From positions 118,091 through 182,090 of the forward strand of contig JBAZQK010000001.1 in the NCBI GenBank assembly GCA_041645215.1: DNA of 64,000 nt, written 5' to 3'. Of this stretch, positions 48,405 to 57,669 are shown one piece after another; the first letter of the stretch is position 1, and each line of letters begins with the position of its first letter. Both the position numbers and the translations under genes were made by a program. Origin of the DNA: Patescibacteria group bacterium. GTDB lineage: Bacteria > Patescibacteriota > Patescibacteriia > Veblenbacterales > UBA10138. The notes below the pieces were generated by a model. The model did no database searches, was not told the DNA's origin, and saw only the letters and a program-made list of their open reading frames with translations.

Positions 48405-48461
48405 TAATTTAGCCGTTTTGGCTAAAATAGGAATAATTTATTATTTAATTTATACAATACT

Positions 48462-48851
48462 ATGTCCAACGAACTACTTTTTCTTATCGGTCGTGTTCTT
48501 TTTGGCGGTTATTTTTTAATGAATGCCATTAACCATTTCAGCCAGGCTGATATGTTGTCTGGCTACGCGGCCTCCCAAGGTGTTAAATCGCCAAAGTTAG
48601 CCGTTTTTGTGAGCGGTTTGCTCTTATTGGCGGGTGGCGCGGGCATACTGCTTGGTGTATATGTCAGCTGGGCAGTTTTGGCCCTGGTGCTATTCTTAGT
48701 GCCGGTATCGTTTAAGATGCACGCTTTTTGGAAAGTGTCTGAACCCAATATGAAAATGATGGAGATGGTAAACTTTACAAAAAATATGGCGTTGCTCGGC
48801 GCCGCTTTGATGCTTTTAGCTATTTCTACCCCCTGGCCGTTGTCGTTTTAA
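48462..48851 (+). CDS. DoxX-family membrane protein
   Basis: 129 aa, 4 TM, LFGGYFLMNAINHF N-terminus typical of DoxX. Confidence 0.5.
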   Translation: MSNELLFLIGRVLFGGYFLMNAINHFSQADMLSGYAASQGVKSPKLAVFVSGLLLLAGGAGILLGVYVSWAVLALVLFLVPVSFKMHAFWKVSEPNMKMMEMVNFTKNMALLGAALMLLAISTPWPLSF

Positions 48852-48983
48852 GCGGTGGCCTGTCCGCTTTGGGCGGAGAACCAGCTTGTTTGGAGCTTAA
48901 GGAGTTGGTGGAGGCTTGAGAAGCGGGTAGTTAGGATGGAATCAAAGAAATTATTTAACTTTATCAATTCCATAATAAGAGTT

Positions 48984-50012
48984 CTATTTTGGCTGCATAG
49001 ATCTATAAGCGATAGTTTCCAAAATATCATTACTGTTGAGTAAGAATCCAACTAATCGTTCAAAGCCAATTCCAAATCCGCCCCTCATTGTCGGTTTTTC
49101 TTGTTTAAAAAGGTTCAGATATTCTTGAAAGGGTAATAAGGGGTCGCCATTTTGGGCTGTAATGTATTTCGCAATTTTAGAATTTAGCAGATATTGTTTA
49201 ATTTTTTTACCATCCTCTTCTCTTACCGCGCCACCAGTCGTTTCGCCCAAACGAGGCATAAGTAAATCTACACTATAAACACGCTCGCCGTCCGGCGTTC
49301 GCTTCATATTGAAGAATTTAATCTTTGCCGGATAATGCGAAATAAAAGTGGGAATATTATCGAAATGAGCAAGAATTTTGCGCTCTTCTAGAGCTCCGAA
49401 ATCGTCACCAAATTTATAATTACCGTTAGATTTATTAAGCAACTCTAACGCTTCATCGTAAGTAAGACGGGCAAAATTCTTGCTTAAAATTGACTTCAGA
49501 TAGTCAACTTGGCCGCCAAGTAGCGCAACATCTTTTTTGCAAGTTTCTAAAACCTTTTTGATCGCAAACTTAATAATTTTTTCTTCGGTGCTGATTATTG
49601 CGTCTAAGATTTGTTCAGGCGTCAAATTTTTATAAGGTTTTTCCGGCTCAATGAGTGTGAACTCTGAAAGGCGGCGGCCTTTTGTTTCCGGATCGTCATA
49701 ATTTTCTTCTCGGAAGCTGTTATTAACAGTAAACACGCCTCGCTGGAGGCGAATAACCAACGCCTCAAGTTGGAGTTGCGCGCTTTGCGATAAGTGCGCC
49801 TCTCGTCCGTAATAATTCAAACTGAAAGAGGCGTAGGGATTTTCACATGAGCCGGCGATATTTACGAGTGATGAGGTTGAGACCTCGGTATAACCATTTT
49901 GGATTAAAGCTTTTCTTATTGCGTTTAAAGCAGTACTCCTCACGTTAAGTAGGGCATTGAATTTATCCTTACTAAATTTTCCTAATCCCGTAGTAATTAC
50001 ATTTTCCATCAT
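48984..50012 (-). CDS. Class II aminoacyl-tRNA synthetase catalytic-core protein lacking anticodon-binding domain (AsnA-type asparagine synthetase / AsnRS paralogue)
   Basis: Motif 2-like NNSFREENYDDPETKGRRLSEFTLIEPE and motif 3 GGFGIGFERLVGFLL; 342 aa. Confidence 0.5.
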   Translation of the reverse strand: MMENVITTGLGKFSKDKFNALLNVRSTALNAIRKALIQNGYTEVSTSSLVNIAGSCENPYASFSLNYYGREAHLSQSAQLQLEALVIRLQRGVFTVNNSFREENYDDPETKGRRLSEFTLIEPEKPYKNLTPEQILDAIISTEEKIIKFAIKKVLETCKKDVALLGGQVDYLKSILSKNFARLTYDEALELLNKSNGNYKFGDDFGALEERKILAHFDNIPTFISHYPAKIKFFNMKRTPDGERVYSVDLLMPRLGETTGGAVREEDGKKIKQYLLNSKIAKYITAQNGDPLLPFQEYLNLFKQEKPTMRGGFGIGFERLVGFLLNSNDILETIAYRSMQPK

Positions 50013-50173
50013 GTTTTTGTAGATATTGAATTATTGAGAATTTAATCAATAATGTCATTATTGTCAACATAATATTCAAGAATATGGGCGTATTTATTGG
50101 TAAATAACGACATTTCATTGCGAACGACGACTAAAAAGTTGACATATTTTAAAATATTACATAGTATAACTTT

Positions 50174-50923
50174 ATGGACATAAGAAATATATTAGAAGCC
50201 TTAGGTTTAAATAAAAAGCAAGTAGATATTTATCTTACTTGCCTTGAACATGGGCCCGAAACTATTACAAATATTTCTAAACTGTCAGGCCACAAACGCT
50301 CCACCATTTATAACGTTATAGAGGATTTGCTTAGGGGCGGATTCTTGGTACTTATTCGTAGAAATAAACATACCCTATACGATGCCGAGAAACCCAAGCG
50401 ATTATTGACTATTATTAGAGCTCGTGAGAGAGAATTGGAGCAATTACTTCCGCAGTTAGAAACTATTCGAAATACAAAAAAAGAAATACCAAACATTCAA
50501 ATTCTTGAATCGGAAGTTTCTGTAAAAAACTTATATGATGAAGTGTATTCAAGTTTTAATAATAAAGATGAGGTCTGTTTTTTGAGCGCTGTCGGTGACT
50601 TGTTTAAAAATCTTCCTCTGGTAATGGATGCTTATTTTGCAAAATTTCATAATCGTAAAGATTATAAAATTCGGGAACTAATCTTAAACGACGAGGAGGG
50701 CAGGCGTTATGTTAGATTGTTGCGCCATAAAGGTATCTCGCACCCTGTTAAATTATTGCCAACCGACTTCCCTATTTTTAATGATCTAGTAATCTATGAG
50801 AATAAGGTTCTTATAGCCAGCTTTAAAAATAGGGTTATCGTAACCTTATTTGATAATCCAGAAATTTTTTTAACGCTCAAAACGCTTTTTGAGTGGGCTT
50901 GGCAAAATGGCAAATTGGTTTAA
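50174..50923 (+). CDS. TrmB-family (winged-HTH) transcriptional regulator
   Basis: N-terminus NILEALGLNKKQVDIYLTCLEHGPETITNISKLSGHKRSTIYNVIEDL. Confidence 0.5.
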   Translation: MDIRNILEALGLNKKQVDIYLTCLEHGPETITNISKLSGHKRSTIYNVIEDLLRGGFLVLIRRNKHTLYDAEKPKRLLTIIRARERELEQLLPQLETIRNTKKEIPNIQILESEVSVKNLYDEVYSSFNNKDEVCFLSAVGDLFKNLPLVMDAYFAKFHNRKDYKIRELILNDEEGRRYVRLLRHKGISHPVKLLPTDFPIFNDLVIYENKVLIASFKNRVIVTLFDNPEIFLTLKTLFEWAWQNGKLV

Positions 50924-51160
50924 TATTGCCCTACTAGGACATTATCACGTTGCCGCGACATTGCTGCGACACGGCCTTGACAAATATAGCTAGATGAATT
51001 ATATTATCTTGTTCTTTAACAAAAGTTTATAGTCCTCTGTTGTGGCCATTTTCATACTGGTCAGAACAGAGGGTTGTAAACAATGGGTCTAGTTCAAAAA
51101 ATAAATCATAAACTACAAATAATTCAATAATCAAAAACCAAAAACGAAGGAGGTGTCATT

Positions 51161-51301
51161 ATGACAAGCTGGATAACAATAGGCCAGTACGAATATGAGT
51201 ATAACGAAGCTGGCTACACTGGCTGGTGCCGATGCGTCGGCGGAATGATGGCCAAGGGGAAATGGCCCCAATGGAATTATCTAACCGGCACCACACGTTA
51301 A
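51161..51301 (+). CDS. Small protein (46 aa) with strong SD GAAGGAGGTG, Trp/Cys-rich
   Basis: MTSWITIGQYEYEYNEAGYTGWCRCVGGMMAKGKWPQWNYLTGTTR; SD 7 nt upstream; not in ORF track (<60 aa). Confidence 0.4.
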   Translation: MTSWITIGQYEYEYNEAGYTGWCRCVGGMMAKGKWPQWNYLTGTTR

Positions 51302-51341
51302 CCATTAATCAACAAAAATAAATAACTCATGGGAGGTTACT

Positions 51342-51632
51342 TTGAGTAATAACATCAAAAAAATCAAACGCCACGTCTATTTTAGCGGTAATGTACAGAG
51401 TCTAGAATTTCTGACTCCGGACGGTAAAAAGGCTACCATTGGCGTAATAATGCCAGGCGAATACAATTTCGGCACAGCTAAACAAAAAGAAACAATTTCT
51501 GTCTTGCAGGGTATGGTCTTTACAAAGGAAGGCAGTCTTCGCCCTGGTGGCTATCCAATCGTGTTTGAGCCAGGTACGAAAATTATATTTTCCTGCCCTG
51601 AACCAGTCGCCTATTTATGTCTTTATGGCTAA
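51342..51632 (+). CDS. ppnP: Pyrimidine/purine nucleoside phosphorylase PpnP (YaiE/DUF1255 cupin)
   Basis: HVYFSGNVQSLEF...GVIMPGEYNFGTA...YLCLYG collinear with E. coli YaiE; TTG start with GGGAGG SD. Confidence 0.75.
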   Translation: MSNNIKKIKRHVYFSGNVQSLEFLTPDGKKATIGVIMPGEYNFGTAKQKETISVLQGMVFTKEGSLRPGGYPIVFEPGTKIIFSCPEPVAYLCLYG

Positions 51633-51638
51633 AACTAT

Positions 51639-51676
51639 AAAGAGACGCAAACAAAATTAAAGTGTGTAGGGCAACG
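51639..51676. terminator. Bidirectional terminator between ppnP and convergent small ORF
   Basis: AGTGTGT-agggcaacgccca-ACACACT flanked by A-run/T-run. Confidence 0.6.
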
Positions 51677-51797
51677 CCCAACACACTCTTTTTTTATTAA
51701 AAACTAACACCATCAACTGGCTTATGTTCAAATTAAACTTCCGGCGAATTATTTAATTGTTATTAAATTGTTGACTAGAGCCTTAACAATTAATTTC

Positions 51798-51875
51798 TTA
51801 AGCAGCCGGGGTGGTTGGTTCAACCGGAGGGCAAGTGCATGGCTCATTGTCACATTTCGGGCAAACATCTGTCAT
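51798..51875 (-). CDS. 25-aa Cys-rich peptide with strong SD (AAGGAG, 9-nt spacing)
   Basis: MTDVCPKCDNEPCTCPPVEPTTPAA; four Cys in CxxC...CxC arrangement; not in ORF track. Confidence 0.35.
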   Translation of the reverse strand: MTDVCPKCDNEPCTCPPVEPTTPAA

Positions 51876-51988
51876 ATACCTAGGCTCCTTTCTACCCCGC
51901 GGGTTCTTTATAAAAAAACTTACGAGTTACGTAAATAATTAGCTAGCTAAGAATAGCATATGAGATAAACCCGTTAACTATCAGCAGG

Positions 51989-52228
51989 ATGGTTTCAACG
52001 AAGATGGATTTCTTTTTTCCCTGTCGGAGTTTTACGGTAATGCCATTGGAAATCCAAGTATTTGATACCGCTGGTTTTCTTGCTCGGCAAGAAATAAAGG
52101 ATACTGGCCAGCAAGTAGTGTTTTACAAATTTGCTGGTGGAACAGTCATTGAGCTTGGCGACAACGGCAAATACATAACTGTTGACAGAGACGAATGGCT
52201 CGTTAAGTTTCCACGGACTAGTAACTAA
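51989..52228 (+). CDS. Hypothetical protein
   Basis: 79-aa ORF followed by terminator CCACCttatagttttttcgaGGTGG-TCTTTTTTT (52268-52300). Confidence 0.35.
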   Translation: MVSTKMDFFFPCRSFTVMPLEIQVFDTAGFLARQEIKDTGQQVVFYKFAGGTVIELGDNGKYITVDRDEWLVKFPRTSN

Positions 52229-52437
52229 GAAAGTCTGAAAAAACAAAACTAAGTTATTAATTCAGGGCCACCTTATAGTTTTTTCGAGGTGGTCTTTTTT
52301 TATCAAAAAATCACCCGCATCGGGTGGCTTATGATTTTTACCGTTGCCGGGAACCCCGATAGTAGTCCCGCTAAGCGGGACACTACGGCGCAAGTCAAAC
52401 CCTGGTTTTTATTCATCCACCAAATTAAATATTAGCT

Positions 52438-52512
52438 TGGTAGCCCCTAGGGGAATCGAACCCCTATTACGTCATTGAAAGCGACGTGTCCTAACCATTA
52501 GACGAAGGGGCC
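52438..52512 (-). tRNA. tRNA-Glu (anticodon TTC), CCA encoded
   Basis: Manual fold: 3-bp D-stem GTC/GAC typical of tRNA-Glu, anticodon loop CTTTCAA, T-arm AGGGG-TTCGATT-CCCCT, ...ACCA. Confidence 0.75.
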
Positions 52513-52582
52513 ATAATATTTGGTGGGCGGGTTGGAAAAGCGTGGTGCCTGCCCCGCACCGAGCTCAGCTCTGGTGCTGGGG

Positions 52583-52605
52583 TCCTAACCATTAGACGAT
52601 AGCGG
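52583..52605 (-). repeat. tRNA-Glu 5'-fragment copy B (GCCGCTATCGTCTAATGGTTAGGAC) then unrelated sequence
   Basis: Matches acceptor/D-arm of tRNA-Glu; homology ends inside anticodon stem. Confidence 0.5.
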
Positions 52606-52846
52606 CATGTAGATTATTAAATAACTCAATTCTAGCTTTGGCTGTCTTTTTAAGAAATAGTTCTCTTTTTCTAGCTAACATTCGGTTACTGTAAGCTTCA
52701 GTATATATAACCTTTAGCGGTCTATATGCTTTAGTAGATTTGACCTTACCTTTATTATGCTCTAGCAGCCTTCTTTCAACATTATCCGTACTGCCTATAT
52801 AATGCCAATTTTTCTTATTTCCTAAAAGTACATAAAGATAATACAT
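52592..52846 (-). CDS. GIY-YIG nuclease-superfamily protein, YhbQ/UPF0213-like (84 aa)
   Basis: MYYLYVLLGNKKNWHYIGSTDNVERRLLEHNKGKVKSTKAYRPLKVIYTE... = GIY-YIG core with YIG and Arg/Glu catalytic positions. Confidence 0.7.
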   Translation of the reverse strand: MYYLYVLLGNKKNWHYIGSTDNVERRLLEHNKGKVKSTKAYRPLKVIYTEAYSNRMLARKRELFLKKTAKARIELFNNLHAAIV

Positions 52847-52898
52847 ACTTTAACAAACTATGGTTGTGTCTCCTCCGGAGGAGGACCCGTCTCCGACG

Positions 52899-52920
52899 GG
52901 CTAACCATTAGACGAAGGGG
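52899..52920 (-). repeat. tRNA-Glu 5'-fragment copy A (GGCCCCTTCGTCTAATGGTTAG) followed by hairpins CCCGTCggaGACGGG and TCCTCCTCCGGAGGAGA
   Basis: 22/22 identity to 5' end of tRNA-Glu at 52491-52512. Confidence 0.55.
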
Positions 52921-53034
52921 CCGCGTGTCAAGCGTTGACATTCTAAAATGTAATTGATTCTAAGTCAACCAGTTGGTTAATTGTTGGTAAAATCTTGTCC
53001 AATACAGTAGCCTTGCTATACTGTTTATATAAGT

Positions 53035-53496
53035 ATGTCAGTATTTTCTTTTTTTGTTAAAGCCGATAGTGTGCCCGCCGCCGTCCCTAATCAGACTGTC
53101 GTTAAGGCCGGTAAAATTGCACCAACTGATGCTGAATCAGCCGTGGAGTGGTACTCGGATGAGTATGAAGGGCAGTTATCAGTGGATGTTTTTCAAACGC
53201 CTGATTATGTAGTGGTACGATCCACGATTGCCGGCGTCAGGCCGGAAGATTTGGATATTACTTTGAATAATGATGTTATTACTATCCGCGGCCGGCGTTA
53301 CCAAGAGGCTGAGGTTGCGCCGGAGGATTATTTTTATCAGGAGTGTTACTGGGGCGGTTTTTCGCGCTCCATTGTGCTGCCGGTGGAGGTTGACCCCGAG
53401 AAAGTGGAGGCGAGTTTAAAAAACGGGGTTCTGACAATTAAATTACCAAAAATTAAAACTAAGAGCGTGTCGGTAAAGGTGGAGGTAGAGGAATAA
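53035..53496 (+). CDS. Hsp20/alpha-crystallin-family small heat-shock protein
   Basis: 153 aa; alpha-crystallin domain VDVFQTPDYVVVRSTIAGVRPEDLDITLNNDVITIRGRR...LKNGVLTIKLPK. Confidence 0.75.
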   Translation: MSVFSFFVKADSVPAAVPNQTVVKAGKIAPTDAESAVEWYSDEYEGQLSVDVFQTPDYVVVRSTIAGVRPEDLDITLNNDVITIRGRRYQEAEVAPEDYFYQECYWGGFSRSIVLPVEVDPEKVEASLKNGVLTIKLPKIKTKSVSVKVEVEE

Positions 53497-53501
53497 TAAT
53501 T

Positions 53502-53723
53502 ATGGCTAATACTGTTCAATTAACCCTTGACCGTGTTGAAGGCGACCAGGCAATTTTAGTTTTTAGCGACCACATGCAAATTACGCTCCCGCTATCCTTA
53601 ATGCCTATCGGTACGACGGAAGGCTCGGTAGTTCGTTTGTCTATTGTCAAAGACGCTGACGCGACATTTGACCAGCAAGAGCAAGCTCGGCATTTGCTTA
53701 ACGAAGTCTTAAAGTCTAATTAA
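53502..53723 (+). CDS. Small hypothetical protein (DUF3006-like), translationally coupled to VanW-like gene (TAATG overlap)
   Basis: 73-aa ORF, stop overlaps next start. Confidence 0.35.
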   Translation: MANTVQLTLDRVEGDQAILVFSDHMQITLPLSLMPIGTTEGSVVRLSIVKDADATFDQQEQARHLLNEVLKSN

Positions 53724-55612
53724 TGAGTATACCAAAGCGTTATTTTTCGCCGCGTTGGCTGGGGGTGATTTTTCCCGTAGTTTTTTTGTTGCTACTGGGT
53801 GCCAGTTTATCGATTTATAATTTAGCCTATGCGACTCGAATTTTCCCCGGGGTGGCAATGGGACAAATTAGTTTGGCTGGTTTAACGGCTAGTCAGGCGG
53901 AAAGTAAATTAAGTTCGGTTTGGAATGATTATAGTCAGGCGGGAATAGTTGTAAAATCAGACAAGTATCAGGTTACCGTGCCGGCAGTTTTAAATTCCAC
54001 CAATTCTGATTTAGCCGTTAATTTAATGTATGTTTATTTGGCTCAAGCCGCTACGGCGGCTTATCAGGTTGGGCACAGCGGCGTTTGGTATAATGATTTA
54101 GTTGAGCCGGTGTTAATTAGATTATGGCCGACCTTTGGTCAAATAAAATTGCCGGTTGACATTGATATAAATCGCCTAGTTAAATATATCAGCAGTAGTT
54201 TGCCCGAACTTGGCGCAAAATCAATTCCGGCGCGTTTGCGTTTAAATACCAACGACAAACTGGAAATAATCCCTGAAACTATAGGTAGAGAGATTGATGC
54301 CGTAGATTTAGGAATAAAGTTGCAGGCCAAAATTGAGACCATGTCAGCCGGGGCCATTGAATTAACGTTAAAATCTGAACCAGCCGCCGTGACCGCGCAA
54401 GAGTTAACAGTTTTGTTGCCGGCGGCGCAAGCCGCGTTAAAGCCGGTAAAATTAATTTTTACTTTTGCCGATGCGACTTGGGCAGCTCAACCAAGTGTGT
54501 GGCAGGCTTGGTTGCAGCCAGTGTTGAACCCGGACCAATTGGCGATTAGATTAAGCAGCGAGGCCGCCACTGGATTTTTCAGCGCCATCGGCCAGACAGT
54601 TAATCAGCCGGCGCAGGATGCTAAATTTGAGATTAAAGATGGCCGGGTAGAATTATTTCAAGCCAGCCAAGAAGGTCGGGAGGTTGATATTTCGGCCACC
54701 TTGGCTCAAATCAATGAGAAACTGGCGGCGATAGACAATAATATAACCTGGCCTTTGGTAGTTAAATCAACCCAACCAAATGTAACCACCGCCGAAGTTA
54801 ACAATCTGGGAGTTACTGAAATTATTGGTACCGGTAAGTCTAATTTTGCCGGTAGTCCGCCCAATCGCCGCCATAATATTAAAGTTGGGGCTGATAAGTT
54901 GAACGGCGTAATTATTCAGCCGGATGAAGAATTTTCGCTGGTTAAAACCTTAGGCGCGATTGATGCGGCATCCGGTTATTTGCAGGAATTAGTTATAAAG
55001 GGCAATAAAACTATTCCGGAGTACGGTGGCGGCTTGTGTCAAATTGGCACCACTACTTTTCGGGCGGCTTTAAGTTCAGGGTTGCCGATTTTAGAGCGAC
55101 GCAGCCATTCTTACCGGGTGCCTTATTATGAACCGGCTGGTACTGACGCCACCATTTACGACCCCAGTCCGGATTTTAAGTTTAAGAACGATACCGGCCG
55201 GGCAATTTTGATACAAACTAAAATCAAGGGCGATGAGTTGATATTTGAATTTTGGGGAGCTAAGGACGGGCGGCAGGCGGAGCAGACCAAGCCGCGCATC
55301 TATAATATTGTTAAACCGCCGCCAACTAAAATTATTGAAACAACTGAATTGCCGGTTGGTCAAAAAAAATGCACGGAAAAGGCGCATACGGGAGCGGATG
55401 CCGAATTTAATTACAAAGTTACTTATCCGAGCGGTGAGGTTAAAGATCAAACATTTCGCAGTCATTATGTACCATGGCAGGAGGTTTGTTTGCTGGGGGT
55501 GGCTAAATTAGATTCAAGTGAACAAAATTCAACCAGCGATAGTTCAGCCGCAACTCCGTCCGCCTCGTCCGATTTACCAGCCGCTGATATTTCTGGTCAA
55601 ACCGGAAATTAA
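53723..55612 (+). CDS. VanW-domain protein with N-terminal TM anchor and peptidoglycan-binding-like repeats
   Basis: VanW signature NRRHNIKVGADKLNGVIIQPDEEFSLVKTLG...GGGLCQIGTTTFRAALSSGLPILERRSHSY...DATIYDPSPDFKFKNDTG. Confidence 0.75.
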   Translation: MSIPKRYFSPRWLGVIFPVVFLLLLGASLSIYNLAYATRIFPGVAMGQISLAGLTASQAESKLSSVWNDYSQAGIVVKSDKYQVTVPAVLNSTNSDLAVNLMYVYLAQAATAAYQVGHSGVWYNDLVEPVLIRLWPTFGQIKLPVDIDINRLVKYISSSLPELGAKSIPARLRLNTNDKLEIIPETIGREIDAVDLGIKLQAKIETMSAGAIELTLKSEPAAVTAQELTVLLPAAQAALKPVKLIFTFADATWAAQPSVWQAWLQPVLNPDQLAIRLSSEAATGFFSAIGQTVNQPAQDAKFEIKDGRVELFQASQEGREVDISATLAQINEKLAAIDNNITWPLVVKSTQPNVTTAEVNNLGVTEIIGTGKSNFAGSPPNRRHNIKVGADKLNGVIIQPDEEFSLVKTLGAIDAASGYLQELVIKGNKTIPEYGGGLCQIGTTTFRAALSSGLPILERRSHSYRVPYYEPAGTDATIYDPSPDFKFKNDTGRAILIQTKIKGDELIFEFWGAKDGRQAEQTKPRIYNIVKPPPTKIIETTELPVGQKKCTEKAHTGADAEFNYKVTYPSGEVKDQTFRSHYVPWQEVCLLGVAKLDSSEQNSTSDSSAATPSASSDLPAADISGQTGN

Positions 55613-55619
55613 TTTTAAC

Positions 55620-55743
55620 AGGATTTACGCGTTTGACTTTCGGAAGGTGGTGTTTTTGTAGCCGTCATTCTGACCCGCTTCCGCAACTCCGGCGGACATT
55701 GGGTCAGAATCTCTTGATTCAGTGAAGATAAACCCGTAAGTCC
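55620..55743. repeat. MITE-like element, copy 3: AGGATTTACGCGTTTG ... AAACCCGTAAGTCC; interior ATTCTGACCC...GGGTCAGAAT and CCGCAACTCCGGCGG hairpins
   Basis: Terminal inverted repeat and interior homology (TTCCGCAACTCCGGCGGACATT) to copy 2. Confidence 0.55.
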
Positions 55744-55781
55744 GGAGATTATTAGTCTTTTGGCAATTGATTTGACCAGTT

Positions 55782-56678
55782 ATGATTCAAAATTCAATTC
55801 AACTCCACCCCAATAAAGGGTTGGTGGCTTTAATGTTGGCTGCTCTTTTATACGGTTTATATGGTGTTATTTCAAAAATAGTTGGCATTGATTTTGGTGT
55901 TTTCTTTTTAGGCTGGAGTCGGGGAGTTATTATCGGTCTAGTTGTTCTAATAATTTTTTTTGTACGGCGGCATTGGATAAAGTTACAAACCGGAGATTAC
56001 AAATGGTTCGCCAGCATGAGTGCCGCCGGCGTGATTTCATTTTTGACGATTTTTGTGGCTTTTAATTATATACCAATCGGCACCGCCTTATTTATTTTTT
56101 TCTCAAGTTTAATTATAGCGAGTTACGTAATTGGCTATTGGCTGTTTAGAGAGCAATTAACCGTTAGTAAGTTAGTTCTACTGGGGCTGTCTTTGGCCGG
56201 ACTTATACTGCTTTTTTACGGACGTCTTGATGGTGATAATTGGCAGTTTTTGGCGCTCGCCTGTATTTCCGGGATAAGCGGCGCTATTTGGAATGTATTT
56301 TCTAAAAAAGTTTCGGTTGTTTATCCGCTCAGCGAAATAATTTTAATTGATGCCATAATGGCGATTATTATTTGTTTGCCGCTTTCCTTAGTGTTTAGAG
56401 AGCCAGTCTCATTCTTTAATTTTTTTACGGAATTACCCACCATTGGGCTATTCGCTTTTATAACAATTGGCGCCAATGCTATGACATTTACCGGCTTTAA
56501 AAATCTACCAGCGCAAATTGCCAGTATTATTATGTTATTGGAATTGGTCTATGGCGTTATTTTTGGCTGGTTATTCTTTAAGGAAATTTTATCGCCCCTG
56601 GAAATGGCTGGTGGAATACTGATTATTCTGGCGGTTGTTTTATCCAGTTTAATAGCCAAGGAGCGTGTTAGTATTTAA
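55782..56678 (+). CDS. EamA/DMT-family transporter (10 TM)
   Basis: 298 aa, duplicated 5-TM halves. Confidence 0.55.
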   Translation: MIQNSIQLHPNKGLVALMLAALLYGLYGVISKIVGIDFGVFFLGWSRGVIIGLVVLIIFFVRRHWIKLQTGDYKWFASMSAAGVISFLTIFVAFNYIPIGTALFIFFSSLIIASYVIGYWLFREQLTVSKLVLLGLSLAGLILLFYGRLDGDNWQFLALACISGISGAIWNVFSKKVSVVYPLSEIILIDAIMAIIICLPLSLVFREPVSFFNFFTELPTIGLFAFITIGANAMTFTGFKNLPAQIASIIMLLELVYGVIFGWLFFKEILSPLEMAGGILIILAVVLSSLIAKERVSI

Positions 56679-56845
56679 TAGGACTTACGCGTTTGAGCCA
56701 AGTTCGAGGCAAAACCGAGCATTTGAGCAAGCCGTAGTAAAACTACGGTGAGCGAAAAGCGGAGGTTTTAACGAAGAAATTGGCCAAAGCCGCTTGAGGG
56801 GTCGTCCCTGCGCCCGCCCCTAAAGCGGCAAACCCGTAAGTCCTA
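56679..56845. repeat. MITE-like element, copy 4: TAGGACTTACGCGTTTG ... CAAACCCGTAAGTCCTA with different interior; flanks GTATTTAAT / TTTAAGTCG shared with copy 2
   Basis: 17-bp terminal inverted repeat, 2 mismatches. Confidence 0.55.
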
Positions 56846-57669
56846 TTTAAGTCGTTATAACCCTAAGGACAGGCAGAGTCTTGCCGCCGTCTTGATAAAG
56901 TCCTTGTTAATCATCTTAGGTAGCATTGACTATTTAGCGGGCATCAGGTAAAAAGAGCATATGAAGCTCCCTCCCGATGTACATCGGGACTACGGCGGGT
57001 TATAAAGCCTAACCGCTCGGGCCCCAATCTGGCCGAAGCCTACATACAAAAATGCATATCTCGTCCATTATCCACCCCCGCCTTTGACCCCTACGTTCCC
57101 ATCACCCGCCTTCTTGACATCAAAACCCTCAATAACCGCTTGGGTTGGCGGCGGAGCCCCGCTAAGCGGGGCGGAGGAGAATAAAAATACACCCACAGGG
57201 GGTGGCAAGAAAATCTGCATTAGCATAATTCTAGCCCGCGAACGAGCCGGAAGTAAGCTGATGCACGATTCCCATGCTTGTCGTGCCACCGCTTTTGAGT
57301 GTATTTATAAATACCTAGTTGTTAATCAAGCTCTGGTATTTTACTTGTCCCGCCGATTCGGCGGGGCCTGCCCGCCGTTTGCCTCACCCAATCAACAAAT
57401 CATTGTTTAATTACCGTACTTGTTCATAGCCAGATTATATTTAAAACACTAGCTTTGGCAGGCGGGGCCTGCCCGCCATCAGCCTCTTGCAATCAGCGAA
57501 TCTCCCGCCTGCCTTGTTCAGCCGAGCCGGCGGGATTTTGACAGTTTAAGCCCAAAACAACGTTGCTTTGAGGGATTTGTAATGTTAGGGAGTTTTTATT
57601 TAACTGGCAATCTTAGCACGCGGTATTTTTCTTGTCAAGGGGGGTTTAAGAATGGTAATCTAACCATAT

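Noticed and set aside
57068-57410. ORFs 57068..57289 (-) and 57084..57410 (+) in the gap upstream of ruvB
   Set aside because: Pro/Gly/Ala-rich translations of GC-rich palindromic repeats; no start signals. The region is better explained as repeat or possible ncRNA.
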